A stretch of 63,271 nt of DNA, filler included. It is 8 parts of 8 records of this genome, joined end to end, with 100 filler letters (N's around TTAATTAATTAA, not from the genome) between each part and the next. Parts side by side here need not be neighbours in the genome. Positions count along the whole stretch, not along the records: positions 46,401 to 51,879 come from SRR31156797_39881; positions 51,980 to 63,271 come from SRR31156797_39883; 6 more parts are not named here. One strand, given 5' to 3'. Every line of letters starts with the position of its first letter. The first letter of the stretch is position 1. A program made the position numbers and the translations under genes. A model generated the notes under the pieces. That model did not search any database. It had not been told where the DNA came from and was given only the letters and a program-made list of their open reading frames with translations. Positions 50,300 through 61,200 of the stretch are shown piece after piece.

Positions 50300-51879
50300 A
50301 TGCTTGCTACTATTTCAAGTAAACTTAAAAAGATCCTGGCAATTCTCTTTATTTTGTTGTCAGCATCATGTGTCTTTGGACTTAACCCTGACCACAGCAT
50401 GAATCGATTTAACATTGAATGTTTTGATTCATCCAATGGAATGCCGCAGAATACTGTTGCAGATATTTTTCAGGATAAAGACGGATACATGTATTTTGCG
50501 ACTCAGGAAGGTGTTACAAGATACGATGGCGTTGATTTCCGCTCTATCCAGACAGAAGCGGCATCAAACAATACCTCGTCAATTGTCTCTGTCGGACAGG
50601 AAGACCTTCTTCTTGGAACTGCAGCAGGTGTATACAGCACCAAGGATGAGGAAGCGATTCTTTCAGATTATTTTGTAAGACATATGATCCGTATGCCAAA
50701 TGGAGATCTGTGGGTAGCAACGTACAGCTCCGGTATAATTCTTTTCAAGGCAAACGGAAAAAAGGATGTGTTTACAAAGGAAACAGAAAAGATCAATTCA
50801 AATATCATATCTAAACTTGCTGTTGACTCTAAAGGGAACATCATTGCTGCAACACTTGAAGGTGTAAGTATCTTTAAAAAAGATCGTTTTGAACCTGTTG
50901 AAGGTATCTATGCTTTTTCCTATGACCTTTCTATGGATAGCAAAGGATGGATCTGGGCGGCCACTGATAGAGGTCTTGCCTTAATAAAAGACGGAAAACT
51001 TGATTATATCTATAAAAAAGAAGATGGACTTCCAACTGAAAAACTAAGATCTGTAGCTTCTGACTCTCAAAAAGCCGTTTGGATCGGAACGGAAACCGGT
51101 GATATAATTAGATTTTACAAGGGAAGTTTTTCAATGATGCCTAGAAAGGCGGATAAAAAGCTAGGCGCAGTAATAAATGTTTTTGAAGATAGAGAAAATA
51201 ACATCTGGTTTGGAACAGAGGTGACAGGAACTTGTATTGTCAGAGAAGGAACTCTTTTCCAACCAGGCATAAACACCGGAAATATCCGCTCAATAACACA
51301 GAAGAAAGACGGATCCATCTGGACAGCTACTTTTGGTGAAGGAATTAAGGTTCTTACAAAAAAAGGTCTCACTATCTATGACACATCCAATGGACTTAGA
51401 AGCAATAGCATCAATACCGTTTTCGCTGATAGTCAGGATAGAGTCTGGATAGGAGCAAGAAGAAGCGGCGTTCAGGTTCACATTGATGGAAAGATCGCTG
51501 ATTTTGCTTCTATGATCGATAATTTTTCAGTTGCAAACCCTGTTTCTCCAACCATGTTCTTCGAGGATTCAAGAGGTAACATCTGGATAGCTGACAGACA
51601 TTCCAACAAGCCTGTTTATGTCTGGAAAGACGGTGTTCTGGACTCATATACGATCATGAAAGGTGAACTATCAGTTCTTGATATTGCAGAAAACAGCAAA
51701 GGAGAAATCTTTCTTGCAACTATAAAGAGCGGAATTTTTAAGTTTGATAGTTTCAAGAAAAGTTTTGAGAGGATCAGTGCTCTTGACGGTTTAAAAGCTT
51801 CCAGCCTCTTCATTGACAAAAATGACCGTATCTGGGTGACTACTTTTTCAGAAGGGATCATTGTACTTGCTAATGGTGA
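50300..51879 (+). CDS. Two-component regulator beta-propeller sensor protein (3' truncated)
   Basis: Signal peptide; repeated GMPQNTV..I.QD.DG.MYFAT..G and D..G.IWI.T..G blades. Confidence 0.88.
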
Positions 51880-51979
51880 NNNNNNNNNNNNNNNNNNNNN
51901 NNNNNNNNNNNNNNNNNNNNNNNTTAATTAATTAANNNNNNNNNNNNNNNNNNNNNNNNNNNNNNNNNNNNNNNNNNNN
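51880..51979. other. Artificial contig spacer
   Basis: N44-TTAATTAATTAA-N44. Confidence 0.99.
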
Positions 51980-53210
51980 CGAAAAAAAAGACATCATTAA
52001 CACCAAATTCTCCCTTTGTAAGAGTTCCTGTTTTATCAAAAACTATGGCATCTATATTCCTTGCTCTTTCGAAAGCTGTCCTGTTCCTGATAAGCAGTCC
52101 GTTTCTTGCACCAATTGCAGCAGAAACTGCAACAACAAGTGGAATTGCAAGCCCCAGAGCATGGGGACAGGTGATGACCATTACCGTGACTGCTCTTTCC
52201 AGTGAAAAAGCAAGGTCGGTGTCTGCCAGCCTGAGCCATGCAAAAAAAGTGAGTGTACCAGCAGTCAGAGCGATTATCGTGAGCCATAGGGCAGCTTTGT
52301 CTGCAAGGTTCTGTGTCCTGGATTTGCTTTGCTGTGCCTGTGATACAAGGTCCAGCATCTGTGAAAGGAAAGAATCCTTTCCTGTCTTACATACCTCAAT
52401 TGTAAGGGCCCCTTCTCCATTGATGGCTCCTGCTATTACCTCGTCCCCTGTTTCCTTTGGAACAGGATTTGATTCTCCTGTAAGCATTGATTCGTTTACA
52501 GAACTCTGACCTTCAACAATAGAACCATCAACAGGGATTTTCTCCCCGGGTTTGACAAGGACTTTGTCTTCAGTTTTTAGTTTATCAACAGGTAAATCTT
52601 CGGTAGTCCCGTCACTTTTCACCAGATGAGCATCAGATGGTAGCAGTTTGACAAGTTCCTGCAACGCCATCGAAGCTCCCATGACTGATCTCATTTCCAT
52701 CCAGTGGCCAAGGAGCATGATATCTATAAGGGTTGCAAGTTCCCAGAAAAAGAGCTTTCCTTCCAGTCCAAAGACAACAAGACTGCTGTAACCGTATGCA
52801 ACAGTGATAGCAACTGCAATAAGTGTCATCATTCCAGGATTTTTTGCTGTAAGTTCGTCTTTTATCCCTTTCAGGAAAGGCCAGCCACCGTAGAAAAATA
52901 TGATACTTGCAAGGATGAACAGGAGGAACCTGTCCCCCAGGAACGAGGGGATAGCGATGCCAAATACGGAACTCAGGAAAGCCTGGATTATGGGTGACAG
53001 GAGCAGTGCCGGTATGGTTATTATGGAGGAGGCTACGAACCTTTTCTTAAAATCCTCCACCATCATTGCATGGTGGTCAGAATGTCCCTGGTGACCACTA
53101 TATCTTTCATGTGTCATATGATGATGATCTTTTGTATGCATTCCATGGTCTTTTCCATGTTCGTGCATTGAATGTTCATCGTCATGTTGACCACTATTCT
53201 TGTCTTCCAT
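51980..53210 (-). CDS. copB: Copper-translocating P1B-3 ATPase (3' truncated)
   Basis: His-rich N-terminus, PGMMTL, TGES, CPH transmembrane motif ([10 protein letters not shown]), DKTGT. Confidence 0.92.
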
Positions 53211-53391
53211 ACTTCACGTTCCCATTCTTTAATTTGAAATTTTAACCCATTTTTATTTTGTTCTGGTTCTCTTTTTATATTTACGGTAGAAAAAAGTAAT
53301 ATCTACTTATGAATTTCAGGAGACGAAGCACGAACAAAGATTAATATTATATAAAAATGTAAAAATGATGCAGTGTACAGTAGGTGATTTC

Positions 53392-54021
53392 GTGCTAAAG
53401 ATAACACCATATATGGGTCCTCTGGTCATAATAGTCTCAATAGCAGGATTATGGCAACCTTTACTAGGCTATTTCATGTTGTTTGTGTTCGGCGCCATAT
53501 TCCTGATAGCACCTTTCAGGGGCCGCTGGTTCTGCGGAAATCTTTGTCCCAGGGGAAGTTTCATGGATTTCTGGGTTGGGAAGATATCTGAAAAGAAGAA
53601 GATCCCAAAAATCCTTCAGAGCTACTGGATCAGGATACCACTTTTCCTTTTAATGATGGTTTTCATGGGTTACAGGTTGATCAACACCCATGGGATCATC
53701 AACCAGATAGGTATGGTACTGGTGGTCATGTGTCTGACAACATCTTCCATTGCAGTCATACTCGGAGTTTCTATTGCTCCGAGGACATGGTGCACCTTCT
53801 GTCCCATGGGAACCCTGCAGAGCATAGTCGGTGTCAACAAGTATCCGCTTCAGGTGGACATGGATAAATGTATCAAATGCCACAAGTGTGAGAAAGTGTG
53901 TCCCATGTATCTGAACATCGTTGAGATAACACACAATCCTGACTGTATCAAGTGTGGAAGATGCATCGATGTATGTCCTAAGGATGCACTGAGCTTTGGG
54001 AAGTCAACCAAAATTTCATAA
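53392..54021 (+). CDS. Membrane 4Fe-4S binding protein (NapH/MauN-like)
   Basis: GRWFCGNLCPRG, RTWCTFCPMG and two CxxCxxCxxxCP motifs; GTG start after a GGTGA SD. Confidence 0.88.
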   Translation: MLKITPYMGPLVIIVSIAGLWQPLLGYFMLFVFGAIFLIAPFRGRWFCGNLCPRGSFMDFWVGKISEKKKIPKILQSYWIRIPLFLLMMVFMGYRLINTHGIINQIGMVLVVMCLTTSSIAVILGVSIAPRTWCTFCPMGTLQSIVGVNKYPLQVDMDKCIKCHKCEKVCPMYLNIVEITHNPDCIKCGRCIDVCPKDALSFGKSTKIS

Positions 54022-54098
54022 CCTTTTCTTTTCTCTTCCTTTTTTCCTATCATCTCCTCCCAGCAGATACAAGAACAATAGCCACCTTCAAACAAAAT

Positions 54099-54893
54099 AT
54101 GGGAAATATGGACACATTGAACTTCGATGGCTCCTGCGACCCGAATCCCGGAGGAATAATGGGATTCGGATGGGTGATCAATTGGAACACCGGAAAAGTT
54201 CCAACTGAGGGAAGCAAGGAAAGGAAACCAGCTCCTTCAAATACCAATAATGTTGCTGAATACACAGCCCTTAAAGAGGGTATATCCAATTACCTGAAAC
54301 TTGGCGGGAAAGGTCCTCTTCAGGTCTACGGTGACAGCAAGCTTGTCATAAACCAGATGTCAGGGACATGGAAGATCAAGAACCAGAACCTTGGGAAGAT
54401 CAAAGAGGAAACGGCAGCTATCATCCAAAAGTATAATCTTCAGGTGAAATTCAGCTGGGTTCCCAGAGAGCAGAATACAATTGCAGACCGCCTTGCAATG
54501 CCTAAGTCAAGACAGAAGAGTTCATCAGAAAATCCGTCTAAAACATCATCTGTGACTCCATCGGAGAGAAAGTTCGTTGCTGATGTGAACTCTGCATCTG
54601 TTTCCTCAAACATGAGACTGAAGATAAACGAATTGAATACGGACCCCTCACCTGGTTTCAAATCATTTGCAAATCTCAAGGTAGGTGGTTTTGACTCATT
54701 TTCCAGGAAGAAGTTCGAGACGTTGAAAAAAGAGGCGGGTAAAAAAGCATCAGCTATCACAGAAAAGGAATTTCCCGGAAACAGCATTCAACAGGCTTCT
54801 GCATTGAGGTGGATGCTGCGTGGTCTCTCAATGGACCTTGCGGTGAGAAAGGTCAAAGTGGATATTGAATTAAGTAAAAAGAAAAAGAAATGA
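54099..54893 (+). CDS. rnhA: Ribonuclease HI with a C-terminal extension
   Basis: FDGSCDPNPG, TNNVAEY, GDSKLVINQ, WVPREQNTIAD (D-E-D-D intact), then about 130 extra residues. Confidence 0.88.
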   Translation: MGNMDTLNFDGSCDPNPGGIMGFGWVINWNTGKVPTEGSKERKPAPSNTNNVAEYTALKEGISNYLKLGGKGPLQVYGDSKLVINQMSGTWKIKNQNLGKIKEETAAIIQKYNLQVKFSWVPREQNTIADRLAMPKSRQKSSSENPSKTSSVTPSERKFVADVNSASVSSNMRLKINELNTDPSPGFKSFANLKVGGFDSFSRKKFETLKKEAGKKASAITEKEFPGNSIQQASALRWMLRGLSMDLAVRKVKVDIELSKKKKK

Positions 54894-54913
54894 CAGATAT
54901 GTAGTTCATCCTG

Positions 54914-56491
54914 TCAAAATGCCTTTTTTAAAGTAAACCAGAAGACACTACCCTCACCGGTAGGATTATCATCAACTCCAACTTCCCCGCCGTGAAGTTC
55001 AACTATTCTCTTGACTATAGCAAGTCCCAGTCCACTTCCTTTGACGCTGCCCTTGTCAACCCTTCTGAAACGCTCAAAAATCATGGCTTTGTCATCATCG
55101 CTGATTCCCGGTCCCATGTCGGCTACATGGATCTTCCATTCGTCATCAAAATCATGGACACCAATACTTATTTTTCCTTCATTTGGACTGAATTTAACAG
55201 CATTGGACAAAAGATTGAGAAATACTTCCTCGATTAGCGGATTAATAAGGGAAGGATATTCTTTGTTAGGATTGAAGTATAGTTTGATCTCCTTTTTACC
55301 CATCTCGGGTCCAATATTTCTGATAACCTTTTCAAGGACAGGTGAGAAATCATGTTTCTCAAACCGTATATCACTAATAGATTCAAGTTTGACAAACTTG
55401 GATGCGGCTTCTATCATACTGATAAGCTTTTCATTGTTTGTGTGTATTTTGTCAAGCAGTTTTTTCTTGCTCTCTTCGCTTTCGAGTATTGTCAGCTCTT
55501 CTGTAAATCCTCTTATAATATTCGCAGGATTGAGCAGGTCATGGGTCAGTATATCTGTAAACAGTACTTTAAGGTAGTTCGCATCCTCAAGTTCTCCTGC
55601 ATACTTTTTAAGATCCTCTTCAGCCTTTTTTCGATTAAGGGCTTCAGCAAGCACATTTGCCACTGCTTGCACGAAATTCATATCGTCCTTTGTGAACACT
55701 CTTTTTTGGGTTGTATGGACGTTAAGGGTTCCAAAAAGCATGTCCTTACTTCCAATATTTACATCCATCCCACTTACAACGCCATTACTTTTCAACATGA
55801 AAAGGTCAGATGGTCTTTCAGTTGCCTTCTCGTTATTGTTCGTTGATGTCTCGCATGAATAGAGTGTATAGCATACCACTTCATTATTCTCAGGTTCTGC
55901 TTCAGACTGAGCTTCCCATCCGATACCTGCAACCATTATGTGGTTGTTATCCTCACGCTTCATTATTTTGCAATACTCGACATCAAGTGTACTGGCAATA
56001 AGTTTAACAGATTGTTGCATAAGGGTGTCCAGATCCGCTCCTGCAAGTCCTTCCTGTCCAAGTTTTGCAACAGTAGCCTGTTGTTTTTCTCTCATCTGGA
56101 GAACTTTTTCCACAGATTTACGTTCACTGATATCTTTTGTATGCCTGACCACCAATATAACGTTCTTAGCATCATCGAAGATAGGAGATAGTTCTACGAG
56201 TTTTATTTTGTTGTCAAGGGGATCGGTAATCTCAAACCTTTCACATTTTCCTGTTGAGAATACGTCAAACAGTTTGCATGATTCGCACTTTGTACTGCGT
56301 TTCATGAGACTGCTGTAGCATGTGAATTGCTGTTTTTCTGAATCTATAGGTGTATCGCAGATTTTCCTGTTGCTTGCTACGATATTAAAATCCCGGTCTA
56401 TTACCACTATGAGATCCTGCACTGATGCAAAGGCTTTCTCCAGGAGTTTGAGCTTATCATTTTTTTGCTCATCGTTTTTTTGTTCACTCAT
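54914..56491 (-). CDS. Cytoplasmic PAS-GAF sensor histidine kinase
   Basis: Cys-containing PAS, GAF (FTKDDMNFVQAVANVLA), H-box THDLLNP, NLLSNAVKF, DMGPGI, GSGLGL. Confidence 0.93.
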   Translation of the reverse strand: MSEQKNDEQKNDKLKLLEKAFASVQDLIVVIDRDFNIVASNRKICDTPIDSEKQQFTCYSSLMKRSTKCESCKLFDVFSTGKCERFEITDPLDNKIKLVELSPIFDDAKNVILVVRHTKDISERKSVEKVLQMREKQQATVAKLGQEGLAGADLDTLMQQSVKLIASTLDVEYCKIMKREDNNHIMVAGIGWEAQSEAEPENNEVVCYTLYSCETSTNNNEKATERPSDLFMLKSNGVVSGMDVNIGSKDMLFGTLNVHTTQKRVFTKDDMNFVQAVANVLAEALNRKKAEEDLKKYAGELEDANYLKVLFTDILTHDLLNPANIIRGFTEELTILESEESKKKLLDKIHTNNEKLISMIEAASKFVKLESISDIRFEKHDFSPVLEKVIRNIGPEMGKKEIKLYFNPNKEYPSLINPLIEEVFLNLLSNAVKFSPNEGKISIGVHDFDDEWKIHVADMGPGISDDDKAMIFERFRRVDKGSVKGSGLGLAIVKRIVELHGGEVGVDDNPTGEGSVFWFTLKKAF

Positions 56492-56812
56492 AAAAATAAA
56501 ACCCCCTTGTTGTTGAAAGTAGCAAGTACAAATTGTAATCTTTTCATATCAATTGTGTAATATTATGCTAATAATGGGAATGACAGTCTTGGATCCTATT
56601 ATTTATATGTATCCAATTTAGCATCTATTATTATTATGATGATACTGATATACAGGTATCGATTTTAAACTATAGAGCAAAAAAAGCCAGAAACCTACAT
56701 CTGCTGCTCCTATAAAAAATTATAGAGTTAATATATCCAATATCAAATATTTAACAAAAATCAATATTTGATATTTTCCAAATATTTACCTGATAACTGT
56801 CTTATATTTGCT

Positions 56813-57667
56813 TTATAAATCTGTGCCACAGTACTTACAAAACAAGGCGTCTGTGTCATTTTCTTCATGCCCGCACTTCTTGCAGGTGGTCTTAGGTCTT
56901 GCCTTCTCCCTTGCATCTATGGAAGCCAGGCTCATTTCGGCTGTCACAATACCCGTTGGAACAGCGATTATGCTGTAACCCATTATCATAACAACAGAAG
57001 CCAGGGTTCTGCCAAGCGTCGTGTGGGGTACCAGATCTCCGAAACCGACAGTTGTCAAAGTCACAATGGCCCAGTATATACTGAGTGGTATACTGGCAAA
57101 TCCATTTTCTTCCCCCTCTATCAGATACATAAGCGACCCGAGAATGACCACCAATGTAAGTACCGTGAAAAGGAAGACAGTTATTTTCCTGCTGCTTGCC
57201 TTCAAAGCATCTATTAGTATCTCTGCCTCGTTCAGGTACTTCACCAGTTTGAGTATACGGAATATCCTGAGCACCCTGAGTATCCTGATGACCAGCAAGA
57301 ACTGGCTCCCTGGAAGGAACAGGCTAAGGTATGTGGGGATTATCGCGAGCAGATCAACTATTCCAAAGAGGCTTGTTGCATATCTGGTCCTGCTTCTGAC
57401 ACATGTAAGACGAAGTGCGTATTCGATGGTGAATAGTATCGTGAAGAACCATTCCATATTATAGAGAAGGGTTCCGTATACGCTTCTGAATGAATTGACA
57501 CTGTCCATCATTACAGCAAGAACGCTCAGTAATATACTGACTATAAGAACGATATCAAAGCTCTTTCCGGCAGGGTTGTCAGCCTCAAAAATGATATCAT
57601 AAAGACGACTTCTCCAGTCATCTCCCTGGGGTCTGTTTTCAGAATATCTATCCTCATATACAGCCAT
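56813..57667 (-). CDS. Voltage-gated-type K+ channel / ion transporter with C-terminal zinc ribbon
   Basis: S4 RILRVLRIFRILKL, YWAIVTLTTVGFGD filter, CKKC...CKYC. Confidence 0.92.
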   Translation of the reverse strand: MAVYEDRYSENRPQGDDWRSRLYDIIFEADNPAGKSFDIVLIVSILLSVLAVMMDSVNSFRSVYGTLLYNMEWFFTILFTIEYALRLTCVRSRTRYATSLFGIVDLLAIIPTYLSLFLPGSQFLLVIRILRVLRIFRILKLVKYLNEAEILIDALKASSRKITVFLFTVLTLVVILGSLMYLIEGEENGFASIPLSIYWAIVTLTTVGFGDLVPHTTLGRTLASVVMIMGYSIIAVPTGIVTAEMSLASIDAREKARPKTTCKKCGHEENDTDALFCKYCGTDL

Positions 57668-57676
57668 GTATCTCCC

Positions 57677-58765
57677 TCAAAAATCGAACAGGCTTTTTTG
57701 ACCTGTATTCTCCTGCAGGTTATCCACCCTGACACCGATACGCCTGAAGTTGATCTCGCTTTCCTCAAGGAACTGCTTCATCATCTCTCCTGCACTACGG
57801 CTCAGGATATCCCTGTCATTGACAGCGTGGTTTAGTGTACGACTTTTTGTTGAAGTTTTGAAGTTAGAGAATATAACAGTTACTGTCACTGAACGGAAGG
57901 ATACTTTTCGATTCCTCACTTTTTCCATGACATCATCCATGAGCTCTTCAAGCAGCAAGAATATCATATTCTCATTCCTGCTGTCATGTTTCAGGGATGC
58001 CATCCTGCCTATCTGGTCAGTTGCTGTTCGCTCTTTCACAGGACTTTCATCGATACCTGAAGCAGCATCTTTTAACCACATTCCCTTGTTCTTCCCAAAA
58101 ACCGCGATAAGTTCCATTACATCGCAGGCTGCCAGCTCCTTGACAGTACCAATTCCAATCTCAGATAGCTTTTCTTCAGTGACCTTGCCGATTCCCCACA
58201 ATTCCTTAACAGACATCGGTTTGAAGAAAGCTTCGACTTCTTCAGGTCTGATAACGGTGATACCATCAGGTTTCCGGTATGAGGAGGCCATCTTGGCAAT
58301 GAGCTTATTAGGACCAATTCCAACAGAGCATGTGATCCTTTCCTGCTCCTTTACTTCCTGCTTGATCCGCAGACCTATCTCTTCCGCAAGTCCATAGTCA
58401 CCTTTGCAGGATCCTGTGATCTCCAGAAATGCCTCATCGATGCTTATCTTCTCAAAAGCATCCTCGCTGTCGGCATTTGACCTAAGTATCTCCATTATGT
58501 TTGCAGATACCTCTTCATAGAATGCTTTGCGAACGGGGAGGAATACAGCATCGGGCTTTTTCGACCTTGCAAGCTTGCAGGGCATTGCAGAACGTATCCC
58601 GGCTTCCCTTGCAATATAGTTGGATGTACTTACAGCTCCGCCTGACTCTCCCCGGTTTGAATACATGCAGACCACAACAGCCTTATCCCTGAGAGATGGG
58701 TCTTCCCTCTCTTCTATTGCGGCATAGAAATAGTCCATGTCCACATGGATGATCACACGTCCCAT
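57677..58765 (-). CDS. dinB: DNA polymerase IV (Y family)
   Basis: HVDMDYFYAAIE, NYIAR..GIRSAMP, SIDEAFL, SVGIGPNKLIAKMAS, KPDG, LWGIG. Confidence 0.95.
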   Translation of the reverse strand: MGRVIIHVDMDYFYAAIEEREDPSLRDKAVVVCMYSNRGESGGAVSTSNYIAREAGIRSAMPCKLARSKKPDAVFLPVRKAFYEEVSANIMEILRSNADSEDAFEKISIDEAFLEITGSCKGDYGLAEEIGLRIKQEVKEQERITCSVGIGPNKLIAKMASSYRKPDGITVIRPEEVEAFFKPMSVKELWGIGKVTEEKLSEIGIGTVKELAACDVMELIAVFGKNKGMWLKDAASGIDESPVKERTATDQIGRMASLKHDSRNENMIFLLLEELMDDVMEKVRNRKVSFRSVTVTVIFSNFKTSTKSRTLNHAVNDRDILSRSAGEMMKQFLEESEINFRRIGVRVDNLQENTGQKSLFDF

Positions 58766-58854
58766 TATCAAGTAACTAGGTTCGGGTGCCTTTTATGGTT
58801 AACTGATGTATCAGGAACATCGAACATGGAACAATTGACCCGTTTCTCCTATTT

Positions 58855-59913
58855 TCAGAGTATCGTATCCCTGCAGTCCACGTAGATGTTGCTAAGGTCC
58901 GGTACCTTTCCTGATATCGGCTTTGCGTAGAGGTACATGGTTTCCTTCATTGGTCTGAACTTCTTAGTGACCTTGAGCAGGGGGTCATCAGGATCGGTAT
59001 ATACTCCGAAGAAATCACATTTCGTGTCGAACATGAGGTTGTTGCAGTAGTTCAGTATCTCCACCATTGCAGATTCATGTTCAGGGTCAAATGCATGGTC
59101 TACCACTGAATGGAATCTGAAGAACTCACCCTCCGGGGGAACCTTTGGCATACTGGTGAAGTGCCTGAGTATACCGTAGGCATTGGCCATGATCTTCCAC
59201 ATCATGGGTTCCTTCGTGTAGGTCATCTCCATGAGAACCGATGAGTCCCAGAAACCAGCACATGCAACGATCTTTCCTCTCCATTTGGCCACAAGGAAGT
59301 TCTCAAGCCCGTACCCGAGCACGCGGTTTGCGTATGCCTTGAAACTACTGGCAGTGAAAGGTGTGAAATGGGCCCTGCCCTCGTAATAGGTATTGATCAG
59401 CTTAACAGCTTCAGGAAGTTCTTTGGGGTCGAGCCTCTCAAGGTCATATTCTCTCTCAGAAAGCTTTTTTTTATATGCGGACATGGAAACTATTTCTATC
59501 TCTTTCTCCCGGATATATCCGAGCTTCTCACAGAGTTTCAGGAAAGAGATATTCGGTCCGTATGCATAGGAATAGATGTGAGAGGCCTTATTCTCCTTTG
59601 CAGCTTTCTCGGCTTCCCTTATTAGCTGCACCCCGATTCCTTTTCTTCTGTGTGCAGGATGCACCATCACCTCAGCTATGTAAATGTATCTATCTCCAGG
59701 GCTTCCCTTCACGGTCCACCCTATCCACCCTACAGCTTCATCATCCACTTCTGCAACACGTATCTCCCAGTTATCGTAAAGCTCGTACCTTGCTGTGATA
59801 TCAGGCCCCTTGTCTATGACCATCTCGCATTGTTCATTTCCCTGAGGGCACATTCTTTCGATACTCAGCAAAGTTTCGTTGTCTTGTTCTTTAAAAGGTC
59901 TGATGTTAAGCAT
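58855..59913 (-). CDS. GNAT family N-acetyltransferase (probable tandem fold)
   Basis: VMVHPAHRRKGIG acetyl-CoA motif; second domain FLVAKWRGKIVACAG. Confidence 0.82.
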   Translation of the reverse strand: MLNIRPFKEQDNETLLSIERMCPQGNEQCEMVIDKGPDITARYELYDNWEIRVAEVDDEAVGWIGWTVKGSPGDRYIYIAEVMVHPAHRRKGIGVQLIREAEKAAKENKASHIYSYAYGPNISFLKLCEKLGYIREKEIEIVSMSAYKKKLSEREYDLERLDPKELPEAVKLINTYYEGRAHFTPFTASSFKAYANRVLGYGLENFLVAKWRGKIVACAGFWDSSVLMEMTYTKEPMMWKIMANAYGILRHFTSMPKVPPEGEFFRFHSVVDHAFDPEHESAMVEILNYCNNLMFDTKCDFFGVYTDPDDPLLKVTKKFRPMKETMYLYAKPISGKVPDLSNIYVDCRDTIL

Positions 59914-60198
59914 TCCATCACCCCAAAGTCCATTTTGTTGGTTCTAATTTGTTCCATGTAACCGGAAAAAAAGAAAAGCCGGAAAAAACAGAGTCACTAC
60001 TCTGCATCACATATTTCTATATTATAGACTCCCAAATAAAACTTGAATTTGATGGGATATATAAGTTTTGGATAGAGTAAATCCTAAAAAGCAAAATAAA
60101 CGATGGGATTAAGAAAAGTTGGAAAGATTGGCAGCTATCCTCACAATAACTGCCATTTGAAACGAGCTGTAATTTGCCTAAATTTGCCTAATATTTGT

Positions 60199-61128
60199 CT
60201 ACACTTCAAAATCTGCAAGTGCAGTGCTGAGATATCTCTCACCGGTGTCAGGAAGTATCACTACTATCATCTTTCCGGCGTTCTTCTCTCGCTTTGCCAC
60301 CTCAAGGGCTGCATGGACGGCTGCACCACAGGAGATTCCGACCAGTATTCCTTCTTTCTTTGCCATCTGTCTTGCTGTCTCAAAGGAATCATCATTACTG
60401 ACCTTGACGACCTCATCGATGATGTCAGTATTGAGCACCTCTGGGACAAAACCGGCACCTATCCCCTGTATTTTGTGTGGACCAGGTTTGCCGCCTGAGA
60501 GGACAGGTGAATCCACAGGCTCAACTGCAATTGCCTTGAATGATGGCTTTCGGTCCTTCAGGACTTCTGCAGTTCCGGTAATGGTTCCTCCGGTTCCAAC
60601 ACCTGCAACGAGTATGTCGATCTTGCCATCGGTGTCCTTCCATATCTCCTCGGCAGTAGTGCGTCGGTGGATCTCGGGATTTGCAGGGTTCATGAACTGG
60701 TGGGGTACAAAGGAGTTCTCAGTTCTCTCTGCCAGCTCTGCAGCTTCATCGATGGCTCCTTTCATTCCCCCACCGCCGGGTGTGAGCACGATCTCGGCAC
60801 CAAGCACCCTGAGTATCTTACTTCTTTCGACACTCATGGTGTCAGGCATAGTAAGGATGAGGCGGTATCCTTTGGCAGCACATACGAATGCCAGTCCGAT
60901 ACCGGTATTCCCCGAAGTCGGCTCTATTATAATACTATCCTCGTTCAGGAGTCCTTCTTTTTCAGCTGTCTCAATCATGTTCAGTGCGATACGGTCCTTC
61001 ACCGAACTAAGCGGATTGAAGGATTCGACCTTCCCGATAACTGTTGCGTGGCATCCTTCTGTTATTCGGTTCAGGCGTACAAGTGGTGTATTGCCCACCG
61101 TCTTTGTTATGTCTTCATAGATATTGAT
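60199..61128 (-). CDS. cysK: Cysteine synthase A (O-acetylserine sulfhydrylase); probable ATC start
   Basis: [24 protein letters not shown] (PLP Lys), [28 protein letters not shown]; first canonical start (GTG 61098) lies inside the conserved region. Confidence 0.95.
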   Translation of the reverse strand: MNIYEDITKTVGNTPLVRLNRITEGCHATVIGKVESFNPLSSVKDRIALNMIETAEKEGLLNEDSIIIEPTSGNTGIGLAFVCAAKGYRLILTMPDTMSVERSKILRVLGAEIVLTPGGGGMKGAIDEAAELAERTENSFVPHQFMNPANPEIHRRTTAEEIWKDTDGKIDILVAGVGTGGTITGTAEVLKDRKPSFKAIAVEPVDSPVLSGGKPGPHKIQGIGAGFVPEVLNTDIIDEVVKVSNDDSFETARQMAKKEGILVGISCGAAVHAALEVAKREKNAGKMIVVILPDTGERYLSTALADFEV

Positions 61129-61200
61129 ATTCCCAACTCCTTTATTGTCCTGATTCTGATGTTTACTTGATATGTTGAATTGTTGGTATTTTCTGTAACT

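Noticed and set aside
57034-57054. GFG instead of GYG in the K+ channel filter
   Set aside because: TVGFGD is a common known variant
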